Below are positions 1-7,779 of a stretch of DNA of 42,383 nucleotides, piece after piece. The DNA is from an uncultured Gammaproteobacteria bacterium (GTDB lineage Bacteria; Patescibacteriota; Patescibacteriia; UBA9934). The stretch covers positions 1-42,383 of the forward strand of contig CAZYCR010000002.1 in the NCBI GenBank assembly GCA_964645815.1, read 5' to 3'. Made by a program: the position numbers and the translations under genes. The notes beneath the pieces were generated by a model. The model worked only from the letters and a program-made list of their open reading frames with translations. It searched no databases and had not been told where the DNA came from. The stretch's first letter is position 1; every line of letters begins with the position of its first letter.

Positions 1-29
1 TTTTTAACTCCACCACTTTCGTTTTTATT

Positions 30-1481
30 ATGAAGTCTCTCTACATCACCACAGCCATTCCATACGTTAATGCCGAACCGCACATGGGTTTTGCTATGGA
101 ATTAATTCAAACTGATGCACTCGCCAGATACTGGCGTAATAAAATCGGACCAGATGATGTTCGTTTTCAAACCGGTTCAGATGAGAATAGTCTAAAAAAT
201 GTTCGCGCAGCTGCTGCAGCCGGTCAGGACGTGATGACTTTTGTAGAAAGTCTTGCGCAAAAATTTGCCGACCTCAAAGGCCTACTCGAACTATCCTACG
301 ATGATTTTATTCGAACCAGAGAAGACAGACATATTCGTGGCGCGCAAAAACTTTGGTCTGCTTGCCGACCGGAAGATATTTATAAAAAATCTTATAAAGG
401 TCTTTACTGCGTAGGCTGTGAGCAATTTTATACTGAGAAAGAATGTCCAGACGGTTTTTGTCCAGAACATAAAAAAGAGTTGGAAGTAGTTGAAGAAGAA
501 AATTATTTTTTCAAATTGTCGAATTACCAAAAGCAGTTGGAAGAATTAATCGAAAGTGATCAAATTAAAATCGTGCCAAAGGCTCGTAAGAATGAAATGC
601 TTAGTTTTATCAAAAGCGGTCTTGAGGATTTCTCAATTTCACGCTCTGTTGAACGAGCTGAACATTGGGGCGTACCGGTGCCGGGTGATCAGAGCCAAGT
701 GATGTATGTTTGGTTTGATGCACTTTCAAATTATATTAACGCCCTAGATTACGCCGACGAAGGAAAACTTTATAAGAAGTTTTGGAATAGTGAAGAAGTT
801 GATCGAGTTCATGTGATTGGTAAGGGAATTCTTCGTTTTCATGCGATTTATTGGCCGGCAATGCTTTTGTCTGCTGGCGTAAAATTACCAAATGAAATTT
901 TTGTTCATGGCTACGTCACTTCCGAAGGTGAGAAGATGTCCAAGTCAATCGGAAATGTTGTTTCACCAAAAGAACTTGTTGCCGAATACGGAGCAGAAGC
1001 AGTGCGGTATTATATTTTACGAGAAATTCCAGCGCATGGTGATGGAGATATTTCAAACAAGAGATTGGAGGAACGGTATGCTGAATTGGCCAACCAGCTC
1101 GGTAACTTGGTTAGCCGAGTGGCAGCAATGTCAGAGAAATATTTTAATGGCAAACTTGACCGTCCTGAACTCGACTGGGAAACACAGTACAATTTGCTTG
1201 ATTCGCATATCAAAAATTACGACTTCAAAGCATATCTGGATTTGGTTTTTGAAGTTGTGGCCAATGCCAATGAAATGACTGATAAAGAAGCGCCGTTCAA
1301 GCTGGTAAAAACTGATGAAGCCAGAGCAAAACAAGTTCTTTCTGAATTAGCAGAGATGATCAGGTTTGTTGGCAAGGCTTTATTACCAATGCTGCCACAA
1401 ACAGCAGAAGAAATTTTGCGTCGTTTTGAGGGAGATATTATTTTGAATGGTGAACCTTTATTTCCACGTCGTGATCAATAA
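30..1481 (+). CDS. metG: methionyl-tRNA synthetase (short form)
   Basis: 483-aa ORF with class I aaRS signatures: N-terminal PYVNAEPHMGF (HIGH-type), KMSKS (EKMSKSIGN), Zn knuckles CVGCEQF...CPDGFCPEH, and YVWFDALSNY. Confidence 0.95.
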   Translation: MKSLYITTAIPYVNAEPHMGFAMELIQTDALARYWRNKIGPDDVRFQTGSDENSLKNVRAAAAAGQDVMTFVESLAQKFADLKGLLELSYDDFIRTREDRHIRGAQKLWSACRPEDIYKKSYKGLYCVGCEQFYTEKECPDGFCPEHKKELEVVEEENYFFKLSNYQKQLEELIESDQIKIVPKARKNEMLSFIKSGLEDFSISRSVERAEHWGVPVPGDQSQVMYVWFDALSNYINALDYADEGKLYKKFWNSEEVDRVHVIGKGILRFHAIYWPAMLLSAGVKLPNEIFVHGYVTSEGEKMSKSIGNVVSPKELVAEYGAEAVRYYILREIPAHGDGDISNKRLEERYAELANQLGNLVSRVAAMSEKYFNGKLDRPELDWETQYNLLDSHIKNYDFKAYLDLVFEVVANANEMTDKEAPFKLVKTDEARAKQVLSELAEMIRFVGKALLPMLPQTAEEILRRFEGDIILNGEPLFPRRDQ

Positions 1482-1483
1482 TT

Positions 1484-2350
1484 ATGAATTTCGAACTTAT
1501 TGATTCACACTGTCACGTTCACTTCGAGGCCTACAAAAAAGACATGGACGAAGTTATCAAACGCAGCCTTGAAAACGGTGTGGCCATGATTACGATTGGT
1601 ACTCAATCAACAACCAGCGAAAATGCCATCAAAGTAGCAGAAAAATATGATGGTCTTTGGGCCACTATCGGGCTGCATCCAAATCATCTTCACGTTCAAG
1701 AATTTTACGACCAAGATGAGCTTCCGCCAGAAAAACAGGGAACTGAAAAAATTAAAACAAGAGCAGAGAAATTCGATGCTGACTTCTATCGAAACTTGGC
1801 CAATCATCCAAAAGTGGTAGGTATTGGTGAATTTGGTTTAGATTATTATCGACTTCCGCCAGGCGTTGATCGCGAACAAATGATCGCTGATCAGAAAGCG
1901 ACCTGTCTGGAACAACTCAAATTTGCTTCAACTGTTGAAAAACCGGTTATCATCCACTCACGTGATGCGTTCGACGATCAAATAGAGCTTATACGTCGAG
2001 AAATCGAACATGGCGGACTTAAATGTCGTGGAGTAATCCATTCATTCACCGGCTCAGCTAGGGAAGCAGCTGCATACGGTGAATTAGGTTTTTATATTGG
2101 GCTCAATGGCATTTTAACTTTTTCCAAAGATTTACAAAAAGAAGTTGCCTCAATTCCAATCGAACAAATCCTACTTGAAACCGACGCACCTTATTTATCT
2201 CCTCCACCACATCGAGGCGAACGTAATGAGCCCTGGTACGTGAAATTTGTTGCTGAAAAACTAGCAGAAGTTAAAGGTCTGAGCCTCGAAGAAATTAATA
2301 AAACAACGACTGAAAACACTTGTCGCCTTTTTGGTTTAAAATTATTATGA
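1484..2350 (+). CDS. tatD: TatD-family metal-dependent hydrolase/DNase
   Basis: 288-aa ORF. It starts LIDSHCHV and has further His/Asp metal-ligand motifs (IGEFGLDY, IHSRDA, ETDAPYL) typical of TatD. Confidence 0.85.
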   Translation: MNFELIDSHCHVHFEAYKKDMDEVIKRSLENGVAMITIGTQSTTSENAIKVAEKYDGLWATIGLHPNHLHVQEFYDQDELPPEKQGTEKIKTRAEKFDADFYRNLANHPKVVGIGEFGLDYYRLPPGVDREQMIADQKATCLEQLKFASTVEKPVIIHSRDAFDDQIELIRREIEHGGLKCRGVIHSFTGSAREAAAYGELGFYIGLNGILTFSKDLQKEVASIPIEQILLETDAPYLSPPPHRGERNEPWYVKFVAEKLAEVKGLSLEEINKTTTENTCRLFGLKLL

Positions 2351-3087
2351 CAAAAGACCCAAGCGTTCTTTATATTTCCACACGGCCCAAAACCTACTTC
2401 CAAGATCGTGGTTATGAAGAGCACTATCTTTGGCATGCGCGCGCATTGGGAATTGATCCGAATAAATTTCAGGTTTGCTATTTGCCAGATCAATCATTAC
2501 CGACCAAGGTTGACTCCGACCTGGTCATTATTGGTGGATCAAATAAGAGCGTTTATGACAATGAGCCGTGGATAAAACCACTGGAGCAGTTTATTGTTCG
2601 TCTGGTTGAAACTGAAAGGCCAATATTCGGTGTCTGCTTTGGCCATCAAATAATCGCACAAGCTTTGGGAGGAAAGGTTGAACCGGGTATTCTTGGTCCG
2701 GAAATCGGCTTAACAAAAGTTGAGTTATCTGAGTCTGGACGACGTGATCCGATATTTAAAAATCTCCCTTCTGTTTTTGAGGTTATGGAGTTACACAAAG
2801 ATGTGGTTGTTGAATTACCGCCTGTCGAAGTTGTTATGTTGGCCGCTAGTGATTTATATCCAAATCAAGCCCTGGCTTACGGAAATACTATCCGCACAGT
2901 ACAATTTCATCCTGAAATCACAGCTAAAATTATGGAAACAGAGGTACGGGAGCATTCTACCGAGATGCTGGAGTTGGGATATTTTGTAAATACCAAAGAA
3001 ATCGAACAGAAAATTGCCGGACTTCAAGAAAAAACATTTGAAACTGTAGCTGAGACGATTTACCGAAATTTTCTCAAATTTATTTAA
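2347..3087 (+). CDS. class I glutamine amidotransferase-like protein
   Basis: Nucleophile-elbow motif FGVCFGHQIIAQALGG and a later HPE motif (VQFHPE). ATG at 2347 overlaps the tatD stop (ATGA), so it is preferred over the 2320 start in the ORF track. Confidence 0.7.
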   Translation: MTKDPSVLYISTRPKTYFQDRGYEEHYLWHARALGIDPNKFQVCYLPDQSLPTKVDSDLVIIGGSNKSVYDNEPWIKPLEQFIVRLVETERPIFGVCFGHQIIAQALGGKVEPGILGPEIGLTKVELSESGRRDPIFKNLPSVFEVMELHKDVVVELPPVEVVMLAASDLYPNQALAYGNTIRTVQFHPEITAKIMETEVREHSTEMLELGYFVNTKEIEQKIAGLQEKTFETVAETIYRNFLKFI

Positions 3088-3101
3088 GTCTTATCTATAT
3101 C

Positions 3102-3130
3102 TTGACAAAAACGCGAAAATCTGCTAAATT
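3102..3130 (+). promoter_or_regulatory. sigma70-type promoter P1 (TTGACA-17 nt-TAAATT) for GC-rich gene 1
   Basis: TTGACA at 3102-3107, a 17-nt spacer, TAAATT at 3125-3130, about 55 nt upstream of the start codon. Confidence 0.6.
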
Positions 3131-3138
3131 TTCGCGTT
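3110..3138. promoter_or_regulatory. operator-like 11-bp inverted repeat overlapping the P1 spacer and -10
   Basis: AACGCGAAAAT (3110-3120) and ATTTTCGCGTT (3128-3138) are exact reverse complements, separated by 7 nt. Confidence 0.4.
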
Positions 3139-3185
3139 CTTCAAATTGAAGACAAGTTCCTTAACCAATTAGTATGGAGGCCGTG

Positions 3186-4220
3186 ATGGCCAGAAATGAT
3201 AACCCGGTGAAGCGCAGCATCTTCCTCACCCCGGTCGAGCTGGGCGTGTGGGAGAAGCTGATTGACGGTGACGAACACTTCGTCACCGACCTCAAGGGCA
3301 AGGGCAGGTTCGACCGTAAAGCGGTGTGCCGAGCTGTTGCTCGTTTCGCTGACGCGAAGCTGTGCCTGCTCGACGGTCCGTGCGAAAACGATGCTACGGT
3401 GGTGAAGCTCACGGTCGATCCGACTGACTTCTACGTCATCGACGTGATCGACGGAGAACGCCCCCTCGCCACGATCGAAGAAGCCTACCTCGATATCTTC
3501 CGGGCGGTCGAGATGAAGGCGGGGAAGACCGGCGATCCACCGGGATTCATTCCGACCAAGTCGGGCTTCCGTATGGAATTCCGCGAGTGGCTGAAAAACC
3601 TCAGGAGTGATCTCAACCCCGGAACGGTCGGCAACAAGGTCTTCAGCTACAGGTCATGCGCCGAGGGCCATGTGCCGGTGGACTCTTTTGGCATCGTCAT
3701 GGTGCTGAAGTATGTCACCTGCATCTGCTGGCCCGGCATGGAGCCGGTCGACTTCCAGCTTCGAGAGCGGCCTCCCAGGCGCTTTCCGAAGCGGGAGTAC
3801 AATGGGCGCAAGGTACCGCTGCGAGGTGGTGAGCAGCTGTTCGAGCTGCTCGGTAGCAGGGGAACGAGCGCCGGCGATCAACTGCCCGCCGTCGACCGCG
3901 CACCGGAGCCGCCGCCCGTCGTGAACGAGCCGGGGCAGTTCGAGACCTTCGAGCTGCCCATCTTCACGGCGGAGGGACTCAAGACCCTCCACGGCGACGA
4001 GCTCGGCCACTACGCGGCGCGTAACCTCGATGGTCGCCGTGTTCTCGAGGAGAACACAACACTCATGGAGGCCGAGCTGGAGCATCGGCGTTCCATGGTC
4101 GAGGAGCTAGACCGGCAGATCGAGGCTATCGGGAATAGCCTCACGGCGCTACAGGAGCAGATGCAGCTCCTTGCCACGCGGCTCAAGGAGATCCGGGAGG
4201 AACGCACGAAGCTCCTCTAG
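3186..4220 (+). CDS. GC-rich hypothetical protein A (paralog of 4348-5226) with C-terminal coiled coil
   Basis: Long ORF with G/C-dominated third codon positions. GGAGG at 3176-3180 lies 5 nt before ATG 3186; ATG 3174 is the alternative start. The C-terminus is heptad-like and Leu/Glu/Gln-rich. No known motif recognised. Confidence 0.7.
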   Translation: MARNDNPVKRSIFLTPVELGVWEKLIDGDEHFVTDLKGKGRFDRKAVCRAVARFADAKLCLLDGPCENDATVVKLTVDPTDFYVIDVIDGERPLATIEEAYLDIFRAVEMKAGKTGDPPGFIPTKSGFRMEFREWLKNLRSDLNPGTVGNKVFSYRSCAEGHVPVDSFGIVMVLKYVTCICWPGMEPVDFQLRERPPRRFPKREYNGRKVPLRGGEQLFELLGSRGTSAGDQLPAVDRAPEPPPVVNEPGQFETFELPIFTAEGLKTLHGDELGHYAARNLDGRRVLEENTTLMEAELEHRRSMVEELDRQIEAIGNSLTALQEQMQLLATRLKEIREERTKLL

Positions 4221-4231
4221 CTCTACGTATA

Positions 4232-4275
4232 GCCGGCCAATTCCCAGGGGGAGTTGGCCGGCGCAATCTTTATAT
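4232..4275 (+). terminator. GC hairpin downstream of gene A (weak T tract)
   Basis: GCCGGCCAA (4232-4240) pairs with TTGGCCGGC (4254-4262), followed by GCAATCTTTATAT. Confidence 0.45.
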
Positions 4276-4281
4276 AAATAC

Positions 4282-4310
4282 TTGACTTTTTTAGCGGATT
4301 CGACCATAAT
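4282..4310 (+). promoter_or_regulatory. sigma70-type promoter P2 (TTGACT-17 nt-CATAAT) for GC-rich gene 2
   Basis: TTGACT at 4282-4287, a 17-nt spacer, CATAAT at 4305-4310. Confidence 0.6.
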
Positions 4311-4347
4311 ATGCGGTCGCTTCTTTCACCAGCGACAGAGGTGTCAC

Positions 4348-5226
4348 GTGCCACACAAAAAAGTTATCAAGCCCAGGTATTTTGCCTTCATGACTCCCAG
4401 GGAGCGAAAGCTCTGGGAGCTGCTGCGCGAAGGCCAGAAGTTCGAGACGTCACCGTACCGCAAGCAGATCGAACGCTTCCGGGTCTTTGGTCTCTTGGGC
4501 AGGAGCGAGAAGATGAGTCTCAGGCTTCTCCTCAAGCCGGAGGAGCTCGAGATCTTCCCGATCGACAAGAGATTGGAACGCGAGATCGAAGCCGACTACT
4601 TCGCCATCATCAGCGCCATCGTGTCCGGCGAGTTCCACCATGAAGGCACCGGGTTGACCGCTTCCCTGATGAACTTCATCGGAGAGGTCGCACCCAGTCT
4701 CAACACTGTATCGACCTACCGCAAGATGATCGTCGCGTCGACCGAGAAGATCCGCCAGGGGAAGAAGCCGTTCGAGGTGATCACCTCTGACTCCTCCAAC
4801 GTTCAGCTCTGTTGGAGAGGCTTCACGCGCTACGAGTTCATCCCTGTCAACAAGCCGGTGCGCAAGTGGCGACACCGTCTCAACAAGCCCAAGCTTGAGA
4901 CAGGGGGAGAGACGTCAGAGAAGGAGATCGACCAGGTCGAAGAGGTCGTGCGGACTGCGAGCAACGAGGCCGACGAAACCAACCCGATCACCGATCTGCT
5001 CAAGAGCATCGAGCAGCGACCTCTCGAAGACCTCCTCCGGCTCGAGGCAGGGCTTCCCGGCGTGTTGGAGACTGTTCGACGTCTCGTCGAACAGCGACGG
5101 AACCAGCATATCCAGGAGCTCGAAGCGAAGCTTCTGGAGCTGCAGCAACAACAGAGGACGCTCGAACTCGAGCTCGATGCACTGCGTCAGACCCGTATCT
5201 TCCTGGTCGGTTCCGAAGTGGCCTGA
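4348..5226 (+). CDS. GC-rich hypothetical protein B (paralog of 3186-4220) with C-terminal coiled coil
   Basis: GTG at 4348 is preceded by GAGGTG (4338-4343). This start gives an N-terminus colinear with protein A (FMTPRERKLWELL vs FLTPVELGVWEKL). The 4171 start in the ORF track would run through the terminator and P2. Confidence 0.7.
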   Translation: MPHKKVIKPRYFAFMTPRERKLWELLREGQKFETSPYRKQIERFRVFGLLGRSEKMSLRLLLKPEELEIFPIDKRLEREIEADYFAIISAIVSGEFHHEGTGLTASLMNFIGEVAPSLNTVSTYRKMIVASTEKIRQGKKPFEVITSDSSNVQLCWRGFTRYEFIPVNKPVRKWRHRLNKPKLETGGETSEKEIDQVEEVVRTASNEADETNPITDLLKSIEQRPLEDLLRLEAGLPGVLETVRRLVEQRRNQHIQELEAKLLELQQQQRTLELELDALRQTRIFLVGSEVA

Positions 5227-5243
5227 CCAACAACCTTTCTCGA

Positions 5244-5288
5244 CCCGCCGGCAGGTGCCGACGGGTTTTCTTTTATTTTTTTTGACCA
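5244..5288 (+). terminator. rho-independent terminator
   Basis: Hairpin CCCGCCGGC-AGGT-GCCGACGGG (one mismatch), followed directly by TTTTCTTTTATTTTTTTT. Confidence 0.75.
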
Positions 5289-5344
5289 ACTGAAGTATCA
5301 AAAATCACAGAATCGACCTACGAAAAGTTGGAACGGATGAAAAA

Positions 5345-5557
5345 TTATAATTTTTCAATTTCTCTTAAATCCTTGTCCGGAAGGTAAAGGATAATTAAAC
5401 CAATAATAATCCCGCTCACAGCCGTATAAACATGACCACCGTCGAAAATCCATTTATCAATGCCGTCCAGAACATACCAAATGCCACGCCAAATTAACAC
5501 GAGACCGATAACGATGGATATATTCTTTGCGAGATATTTGAACGTAATTTTTTTCAT
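5345..5557 (-). CDS. small two-TM membrane protein, unknown function
   Basis: 70-aa ORF with host-like A+T-rich composition and two hydrophobic stretches. Confidence 0.55.
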   Translation of the reverse strand: MKKITFKYLAKNISIVIGLVLIWRGIWYVLDGIDKWIFDGGHVYTAVSGIIIGLIILYLPDKDLREIEKL

Positions 5558-5594
5558 ATACGAACGTCAGTTTTTAAAAAATAACTTTAATTTT

Positions 5595-6080
5595 TTATTT
5601 TTCTATTGTTTCAATATTTTGTGGCAAGTCATCAATAGTTACTTCTATCACCTCGATTGGCTCATTGGTTTCCGAACTTCGGCATTGCATGCCTTTAAAA
5701 TCTTGAAACTTCTGTTTGTCTAAGACATAGACTCTGCCGATTTTTGTCCTTGTTGCTTCAAGTATATTTTTTGTCGCTGAAAAATGTAGCTTATCGCCAT
5801 CTATTCCAAATTGACTTGTAGATTCTCCTTTTACACCCCTAGTATCTGTTAATGCTCTAAATATGGCTACATCGGCATATGGTGTGGCGAAGACCGCAGG
5901 TTCGCCGTCCTTTTCCATATTTCCAGTTTCTTTACTGCGGTTATACGCTTGTCGAGGTTCCAAAACTGTTATGGTATCCGGAGAACCGTGAAAAACATAT
6001 TTGCCCTCTTTTTCAAGTAACAAAAGTCTTTCTCTATTTTTTCCTTCATTTTCAATTATTGGTGGTTTCTCAAAATCCAT
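5595..6080 (-). CDS. hypothetical protein
   Basis: 161-aa ORF with host-like composition, upstream of and co-oriented with 5345-5557. No family recognised. Confidence 0.6.
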   Translation of the reverse strand: MDFEKPPIIENEGKNRERLLLLEKEGKYVFHGSPDTITVLEPRQAYNRSKETGNMEKDGEPAVFATPYADVAIFRALTDTRGVKGESTSQFGIDGDKLHFSATKNILEATRTKIGRVYVLDKQKFQDFKGMQCRSSETNEPIEVIEVTIDDLPQNIETIEK

Positions 6081-6166
6081 AATAATAGAAAATTAAATTT
6101 TCTCCGTTGTTTGTAGCAATAACTTTAAAATTTTCTAAAGATTAAAATTTATTTCAGCTAACGTAT

Positions 6167-6177
6167 CCGAGTATGCG
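6167..6177. repeat. outer inverted repeat, left arm (CCGAGTATGCG)
   Basis: Exact reverse complement CGCATACTCGG at 6766-6776. Confidence 0.85.
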
Positions 6178-6180
6178 AAG

Positions 6181-6263
6181 TCCCGCTCTTCGTTTTCAGT
6201 ACAAACTTCCACATCACGACAATCCTATTTTAACACTCCAAACCCTCAATTTCAAGAGCGGGA
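6181..6263 (+). other. stem-loop, 10-bp stem around a 63-nt loop
   Basis: TCCCGCTCTT (6181-6190) pairs with AAGAGCGGGA (6254-6263). It lies between the outer and inner left repeat arms and has no counterpart on the right side. Confidence 0.6.
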
Positions 6264-6273
6264 TTTGGGTGGA

Positions 6274-6300
6274 GCAAGAGACAAATTGTGCGGATAATTT
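6274..6300. repeat. perfect 27-bp inverted repeat, left arm (GCAAGAGACAAATTGTGCGGATAATTT)
   Basis: Exact reverse complement at 6734-6760. Confidence 0.95.
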
Positions 6301-6333
6301 CATTATTCAAAGGGCATTTTTTGTTTTTTCGCC

Positions 6334-6362
6334 TTGACAGAATAGATGATCTATGTCTAAAT
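6334..6362 (+). promoter_or_regulatory. sigma70-type promoter P3 (TTGACA-17 nt-CTAAAT)
   Basis: TTGACA at 6334-6339, a 17-nt spacer containing the palindrome ATAGAT-G-ATCTAT, then CTAAAT at 6357-6362. Confidence 0.5.
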
Positions 6363-6393
6363 GATAGCACCTCGAACCTTAAGGGGGTACATT

Positions 6394-6636
6394 ATGGAGT
6401 ACGTGAAAAGCGAGATTGAGATGGCGGTGCGCGGTATCCTGTCGGCTTCGGTCAGTGAGGTAGATGCGAGACGGTCGTTGCTGATCATGCACGGCCAGCA
6501 CCTGCCCCGTGGTGTGAGCTTTCTTGGCTCGCTCTCTGTCGTCTTCGGCAGCACGGGGCGTCGGGCCCACTTCAGCCTCGCTCGCGGTGGCGACGACCTC
6601 ATGCCGATGGAGATTAGCGTCGAAGTCATGGAATGA
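6394..6636 (+). CDS. GC-rich small hypothetical protein (80 aa)
   Basis: AAGGGGG (6381-6387) lies 6 nt before ATG 6394, and third codon positions are G/C-rich. The call is short, and several overlapping ORFs exist on both strands, so it stays tentative. Confidence 0.5.
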   Translation: MEYVKSEIEMAVRGILSASVSEVDARRSLLIMHGQHLPRGVSFLGSLSVVFGSTGRRAHFSLARGGDDLMPMEISVEVME

Positions 6637-6658
6637 ACCGAGCCATCTCGATCGACCT

Positions 6659-6692
6659 GCGCCGGTGATATCCTTCGGGATTGATCCGGCGC
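6659..6692 (+). other. GC hairpin capped by a C(UUCG)G tetraloop, downstream of the small ORF
   Basis: GCGCCGG (6659-6665) pairs with CCGGCGC (6686-6692). The inner stem ATCC/GGAT closes a TTCG loop. No T tract follows on the + strand. Confidence 0.5.
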
Positions 6693-6733
6693 AAGCTCCC
6701 ACTTCAAGAAAAAAAAGTCCAATCAAAAATGAA

Positions 6734-6760
6734 AAATTATCCGCACAATTTGTCTCTTGC
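6734..6760. repeat. perfect 27-bp inverted repeat, right arm
   Basis: AAATTATCCGCACAATTTGTCTCTTGC is the reverse complement of 6274-6300. Confidence 0.95.
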
Positions 6761-6765
6761 GTAAC

Positions 6766-6776
6766 CGCATACTCGG
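6766..6776. repeat. outer inverted repeat, right arm (CGCATACTCGG)
   Basis: Reverse complement of 6167-6177. Confidence 0.85.
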
Positions 6777-6951
6777 TGTTTTACGAAAGTTCCGACGGGT
6801 TCATCGATTTAACGAAAGGATTACTGCCGTTCTTTTTTATTTGCACAAACTTTCAATACACCTCATTTACTAGTCGGAATTTCGTACAATGATCGCTGGC
6901 TTATACGAAGTGGCGGGAGGACGACGCAGTCGTCAAACCAACATTTCGCAT

Positions 6952-6967
6952 AAGCCCGCGCCCATTA
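6952..6967. repeat. 16-bp direct repeat copy 1 (AAGCCCGCGCCCATTA)
   Basis: Identical 16-mer at 8810-8825. It is embedded in a 12-bp-stem hairpin (GGCTTATACGAA/TTCGCATAAGCC, one mismatch). Confidence 0.8.
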
Positions 6968-6987
6968 TATGATGTAGCTAAAATTTT

Positions 6988-7728
6988 TCAAAACTTTTTT
7001 AAATCCTTTCTATAAGTCACGCCACGACCTATTTCAAATAATTCTTTTCTGCTGGATGTAGGCATCAGGGTTTCCATAAATATATGACTGGCGTGAATAT
7101 CCTTTACTTCATGAGTCAAAACGACATCACAAATGTGACCCTTGCAACGATTGGGTATGAAGGCAACAAGATAAGATTGTTTTTTATCAAAATACCTTGA
7201 ATCTTCAATAAACTCCGTATATTCACGGGCGCAGGCGTTGTCTATTTTTTTTGTCGATGCACGCAATATCTTTTCTGAAAAGTATAGACAGTCAGATCGG
7301 CCATCTTTACCGTGGTCATGACGCAAAATATCGGCTTCTGAAAAACCATGTTTATTGAAAATCTTTTTATATTCATCAGGTAAAGATGCATCTTCACCGC
7401 TTCGAAGACTGTATAAAGTATCACGTCGTTTACTTCGCTCTCGTGGGTGAAGTTCGCTCATTTCCTCATGAGCATGGTCATCGACAAAAAAAATAAATTC
7501 CACTTTTTTTCCACATTTAACCGCATACTCACCAACCTCACACGCTAATTCTAGGGTATATGGCGAAAAATGCCCCCAATACGAAATGCCCTCTAATGCG
7601 ATATCATTATCTTTTGAGTAAAAAAGTGGAAAGTGACCTCCGAGAAAAACAATCTTATCTTGTTGACTGGTTTTGACATCGTTCTTTAATATTTTTAGCA
7701 AGTCGCTTTGACTCTGTATTTTTTCCAT
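6988..7728 (-). CDS. hypothetical protein
   Basis: 246-aa ORF with host-like composition. No family recognised. Confidence 0.65.
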   Translation of the reverse strand: MEKIQSQSDLLKILKNDVKTSQQDKIVFLGGHFPLFYSKDNDIALEGISYWGHFSPYTLELACEVGEYAVKCGKKVEFIFFVDDHAHEEMSELHPRERSKRRDTLYSLRSGEDASLPDEYKKIFNKHGFSEADILRHDHGKDGRSDCLYFSEKILRASTKKIDNACAREYTEFIEDSRYFDKKQSYLVAFIPNRCKGHICDVVLTHEVKDIHASHIFMETLMPTSSRKELFEIGRGVTYRKDLKKF

Positions 7729-7779
7729 ATTTTGTGATTAAAAAAGTTTTAAAAAATTTCAAATTTCTTTTTCTCCTTA

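Noticed and set aside
4171-4347. The N-terminal extension of gene B given in the ORF track (start 4171).
   Set aside because: It would overlap the 3' end of gene A and read through its terminator hairpin and promoter P2. GTG 4348, with GAGGTG upstream, aligns with the paralog's N-terminus.
3654-5301. Many 60-143-aa ORFs overlapping the two GC-rich genes in other frames or on the other strand (for example 3654-4085 minus, 4311-4643 plus, 4450-4875 minus, 4895-5293 plus, 4915-5301 minus).
   Set aside because: Stop codons are A+T-rich, so high-GC coding DNA leaves alternate frames open. Their translations are Arg/Pro/Gly/Ala-rich and low in complexity, and they lack an RBS. I treat them as composition artefacts.
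5595-6080. That the 161-aa protein is an ADP-ribosyltransferase, because of YVFHGSP (an H-G-S motif).
   Set aside because: A single tripeptide is not evidence, and I could not line up the Y and E elements of an H-Y-E triad. It stays a hypothetical protein.
6357-6892. ORFs at 6357-6722 minus, 6379-6726 minus and 6524-6892 plus, in the inverted-repeat cassette.
   Set aside because: None has an RBS or promoter. Their translations are Arg/Ser/Pro-rich, and they cross the repeat arms. Only the 6394-6636 frame has promoter, SD and start in register, and even that call is tentative.
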